Assembly (NCBI GenBank): GCA_026770705.1 | Contig: JANJGN010000022.1 | Span: 13,454,001-13,518,000 of the forward strand | DNA: 64,000 nt | Source of the DNA: Isurus oxyrinchus | Lineage: Eukaryota | Direction of reading: 5' to 3' | In this document: piece after piece, positions 61,145-64,000 of the stretch | Position numbering within the stretch: position 1 is the stretch's first letter | How the letters are laid out: each line of letters begins with the position of its first letter | Notes under the pieces: generated by a model | What the model was told of the DNA's origin: nothing | The model's input: the letters and a program-made list of their open reading frames with translations, nothing else | Databases searched by the model: none | Made by a program: the position numbers and the translations under genes

Positions 61145-62950
61145 CTATCCACAATGAACAGGATAAATCAAATCCAACCAATTATGGCCCCATCAGCCCA
61201 CTTTCAATCTTCAGCAAAGTGATGGAAGGTGTCGTCAACAGGATTATCAAGCGCCACTTACTCAGCAATTACCTGCTCACCAATGCTCAGTTTGGGTTCT
61301 GCTAGGACCACTCAGCTCCAGATCTCATTATATACTTAGTCCAAACATGGGGAAAGGACAAAAGAGCAGAATTCCAGAGGTAAGGTGAAAGTGATTGCCC
61401 TTGAAATCATGTCAACGTTTCACTGAATGTGGGATTAGAACGCATATTAAAATTGAAGTCAATGGGAGTTAGAACAAAAAGTCTTCAATGGCTGAAATCA
61501 TACATAGAACAAAATTAGATTGTTGCGATTGTTGGGGGCCAATTATCTCAGCCCCAGAACATCACTGCAGGAGTTCCTCAGGGTTGTGTCCTAAACTCAA
61601 CCATCTGCAGTTGCTTTATCAATGACCTTCTCTTCACCATAAGGTCAGAGATGGGCAAGATCGCTGATGACTGCAGTGTTCAGTCCCACTCATGACTCCC
61701 CAGATTCCAAAGCAGTCTGTGTCCAAATGGAGTGAGCCCTGGACATGATTCAGGTTTGGGCTGATAAGTGGCAAGTAACATCTGCACCACACATGTGCCA
61801 TCTTCATGAGAGGGTCCAACCATCTCCCCTTCACATTCAATGGCATTACCATTGCTGACTCCCTTACCATCAACATTCTGGGGGTTACCTCTGACCAGAA
61901 ACTTGACTGAACCAAGTATACCAATACTGTGGTGACAAGAGTAAATTAAAGACTGGGAATTCTGTGGAGAGCAATTCATCACCTGACTCCCCAAGCTCTG
62001 TTCACCACTGAAAAGGCACAAGTCAGGAGTGTGATAGAATATTCTCCACTGTGTGGATGAACACAGCTTCAACAACACTCAAAGAGCTCAACACCATCCT
62101 GGACAAAGCAGCCCGCTTGTTTGTCAATCCATCCACAACCTTAAACATTCACTCCTTCCACCATCAAACCACAGAGGCTGCACTGTGTACTATATACAAG
62201 ATGCACTGGCAGCAACTTGCCAAGGCTGCTTCAACAGTACCTTCCAAACCTGTGACTTCCACTACCTAGAAGGACAGGGCAGTAGATGCATGAGAACACT
62301 GCTACCTACGTTCTCCTCAAGTCACACACCATCCTGATTTGGATACATATCTTCATTCCTTCACAGTCACTGGGTGAAAATCCTAGAACTCCGTTCTGAA
62401 AAGGGGTGCCGGCGATGTAATGGTAATGTCACTTGTGTAGTAATCCAAGAGGGCCAGGCTAATTCTCTGGGGACATGGGTTCAATTCCCACCATAGCAGC
62501 TGGTGGAATTTAAATCCAATAAATTCAATAAACAAAATCTGGAATATTACGTTAGTCTCAGTAATGGTTGCAATGAAAACTATCACTAATTGTTGTAAAA
62601 ACCCATCTGGCTCACTAATGTCTTTTAGGGAAGGAAATCTGCCGTCCTTACCTGGTCTGGCCCGCATGTGATTCCAGATCCACAGAAACGTGGTTGACTC
62701 TTAGCTGCCTTCTGAAATGACCTAGCAAATCACTCAGTTCAAGGCAATTGGGGATGGGCAGCAAATGCTAGCCTTACTAGCAACACCCACATGAAATAAT
62801 GATGCAGTAAAAAGCACTCAGGGTGTACCTACACCACAGGTTCTGCAGCGTTTCAAGAAAGTGGCTCACTAACAACTTCCAGAGGGCAATTAGGGATGGG
62901 CAGCAAATACTGATCTTGCCAGCAATGTTCACATTGCATGAAAGAATAAA
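61145..62950 (+). mobile_element. CR1/L2-clade LINE RT and 3' end, with a nested SINE
   Basis: NYGPISPLSIFSKVME, GVPQGCVL and IADDCS; 3' tail at 62820-62950. Confidence 0.8.
62408..62797 (+). mobile_element. tRNA-derived SINE
   Basis: A box-like ggcgatgtaatggt and B box GGTTCAATTCCC; central aaacccatctggctcactaatgtc..agggaaggaaatctgcc; LINE-derived tail. Confidence 0.75.
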
Positions 62951-63654
62951 AAATTGTAGCAGTTTCAGGAACTATTGTTTCAAAATGGAGTGACCACTCT
63001 CCATCATACTTCTCTTCTGAAGGTTTAATAAAATATCTCCTTTGATAATAACTACTAATCTTGTCTGATGACTTAGCTTTGTGTTCCCTTGTTTCAGAGG
63101 CCTTCATGGTTGCCTAATTTTTCAGCAGTGCAAATACCTAGATTGAGATGCTGTGTGCTAATCTGTTTGGGTCAGTATCTAGCTGAGAAAAATACAGCAA
63201 CCATTTTAAAACTAGTCAGATATTAGGAAGGCCCAGGCTGAAGTATAGTTGCCTATTATGCTAAAAATATCCTCAGAAAATTGTACAAAATGGGCTTGTG
63301 GAAATTAGAGAGTGCTGAAGCAGACAGAAAGATTGTTGCGCTATGAAAAATTCAGTACTAACATTCTTGTAGCCAAAATTTTCATTCACTCCTATTATGA
63401 TATTGCAACAAGCCTGCAGTTGACATTACACTTTGCAAAATAATGTTATGATGGCAGATAAACAAGCATCGCACACATCAATTACTAGAAATTAAGTGTG
63501 ACATTCAACAATTTTTGATGCTAAAATGGAAGGCAATTAGATTTGTCCAATGAAAGTAGATTGCACTCGGCTATTATTCAATACAGTACTAGGGGAAAAA
63601 ACTTAAAAATTAAACTACAAATCTAATTTTGAATAAATAGAAGTTTCAAAAGAA

Positions 63655-64000
63655 ATCCCCCTCTATAAATCCTGTGAAGTCTCACGAATGCCCTGTATAA
63701 CTGAAGCATAATCTCCCTACTCCTGTATTCAATTTCCCTCGCAATAAATAATAACATTCTATCAGCTTTCCTAATTACTTGCTTTATTTGCATACTAACC
63801 TTTTGCAATTCAAGCACTAGGATACCCAGATCCCTCTGCATCTCAAAGCTTTGCAATGTCCCACCATTTAGATAATATGCTTGTTTTTAATTCTTCCTGT
63901 AAAAATGGACAATTTCACATTTTCTTACATTGTATTCCATTTGCCAGATCTTTGCCCACTCACTTAGCAGATCTATATCCCTTTGAAGCCTCCATATATC
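63655..64000 (-). mobile_element. CR1 RT fragment running off the window edge
   Basis: QRDLGILV..LQKVSMQIKQVIRKADRMLLFIAREIEYRSREIMLQLYRAFVR. Confidence 0.8.

Noticed and set aside
62408-62490. tRNA gene
   Set aside because: A and B boxes are present but there is no cloverleaf, and the sequence continues into a SINE body.
62853-63107. ORF containing YFIK, considered as an upstream dynein exon
   Set aside because: No other similarity to the KGVYFIK...GDISP region, no convincing splice sites, and it overlaps a LINE tail.

Overview
This is eukaryotic vertebrate genomic DNA. The repeat families (CR1 with esterase ORF1, DeuSINE, Penelope, Harbinger MITEs, Gypsy LTRs) point to a cartilaginous fish (inference). 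The only host gene is on the minus strand: seven consecutive, phase-compatible GT-AG exons (36991 down to 2897, 913 nt) encoding part of the N-terminal tail of an axonemal outer-arm beta dynein heavy chain, best matching DNAH17. The rest is intronic and consists mostly of decayed, often nested transposable elements: CR1/L2/RTE/Tx1 LINEs, Penelope-like elements, SINEs, PIF/Harbinger elements and MITEs, a two-LTR Gypsy element, an internally rearranged retrovirus-like element and several solo LTRs. The most notable signal is a young family of very short Penelope-derived insertions with 13-16 bp target-site duplications that carry a minimal hammerhead ribozyme with a non-canonical core (CUGUCGA). 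One copy is a spacer-less ~204 bp palindrome with a ribozyme on each strand. Most ORFs in the supplied track are TE fragments or chance ORFs. TE boundaries are approximate unless a TSD or terminal motif is cited. All family assignments are from recognition by eye, not database searches.
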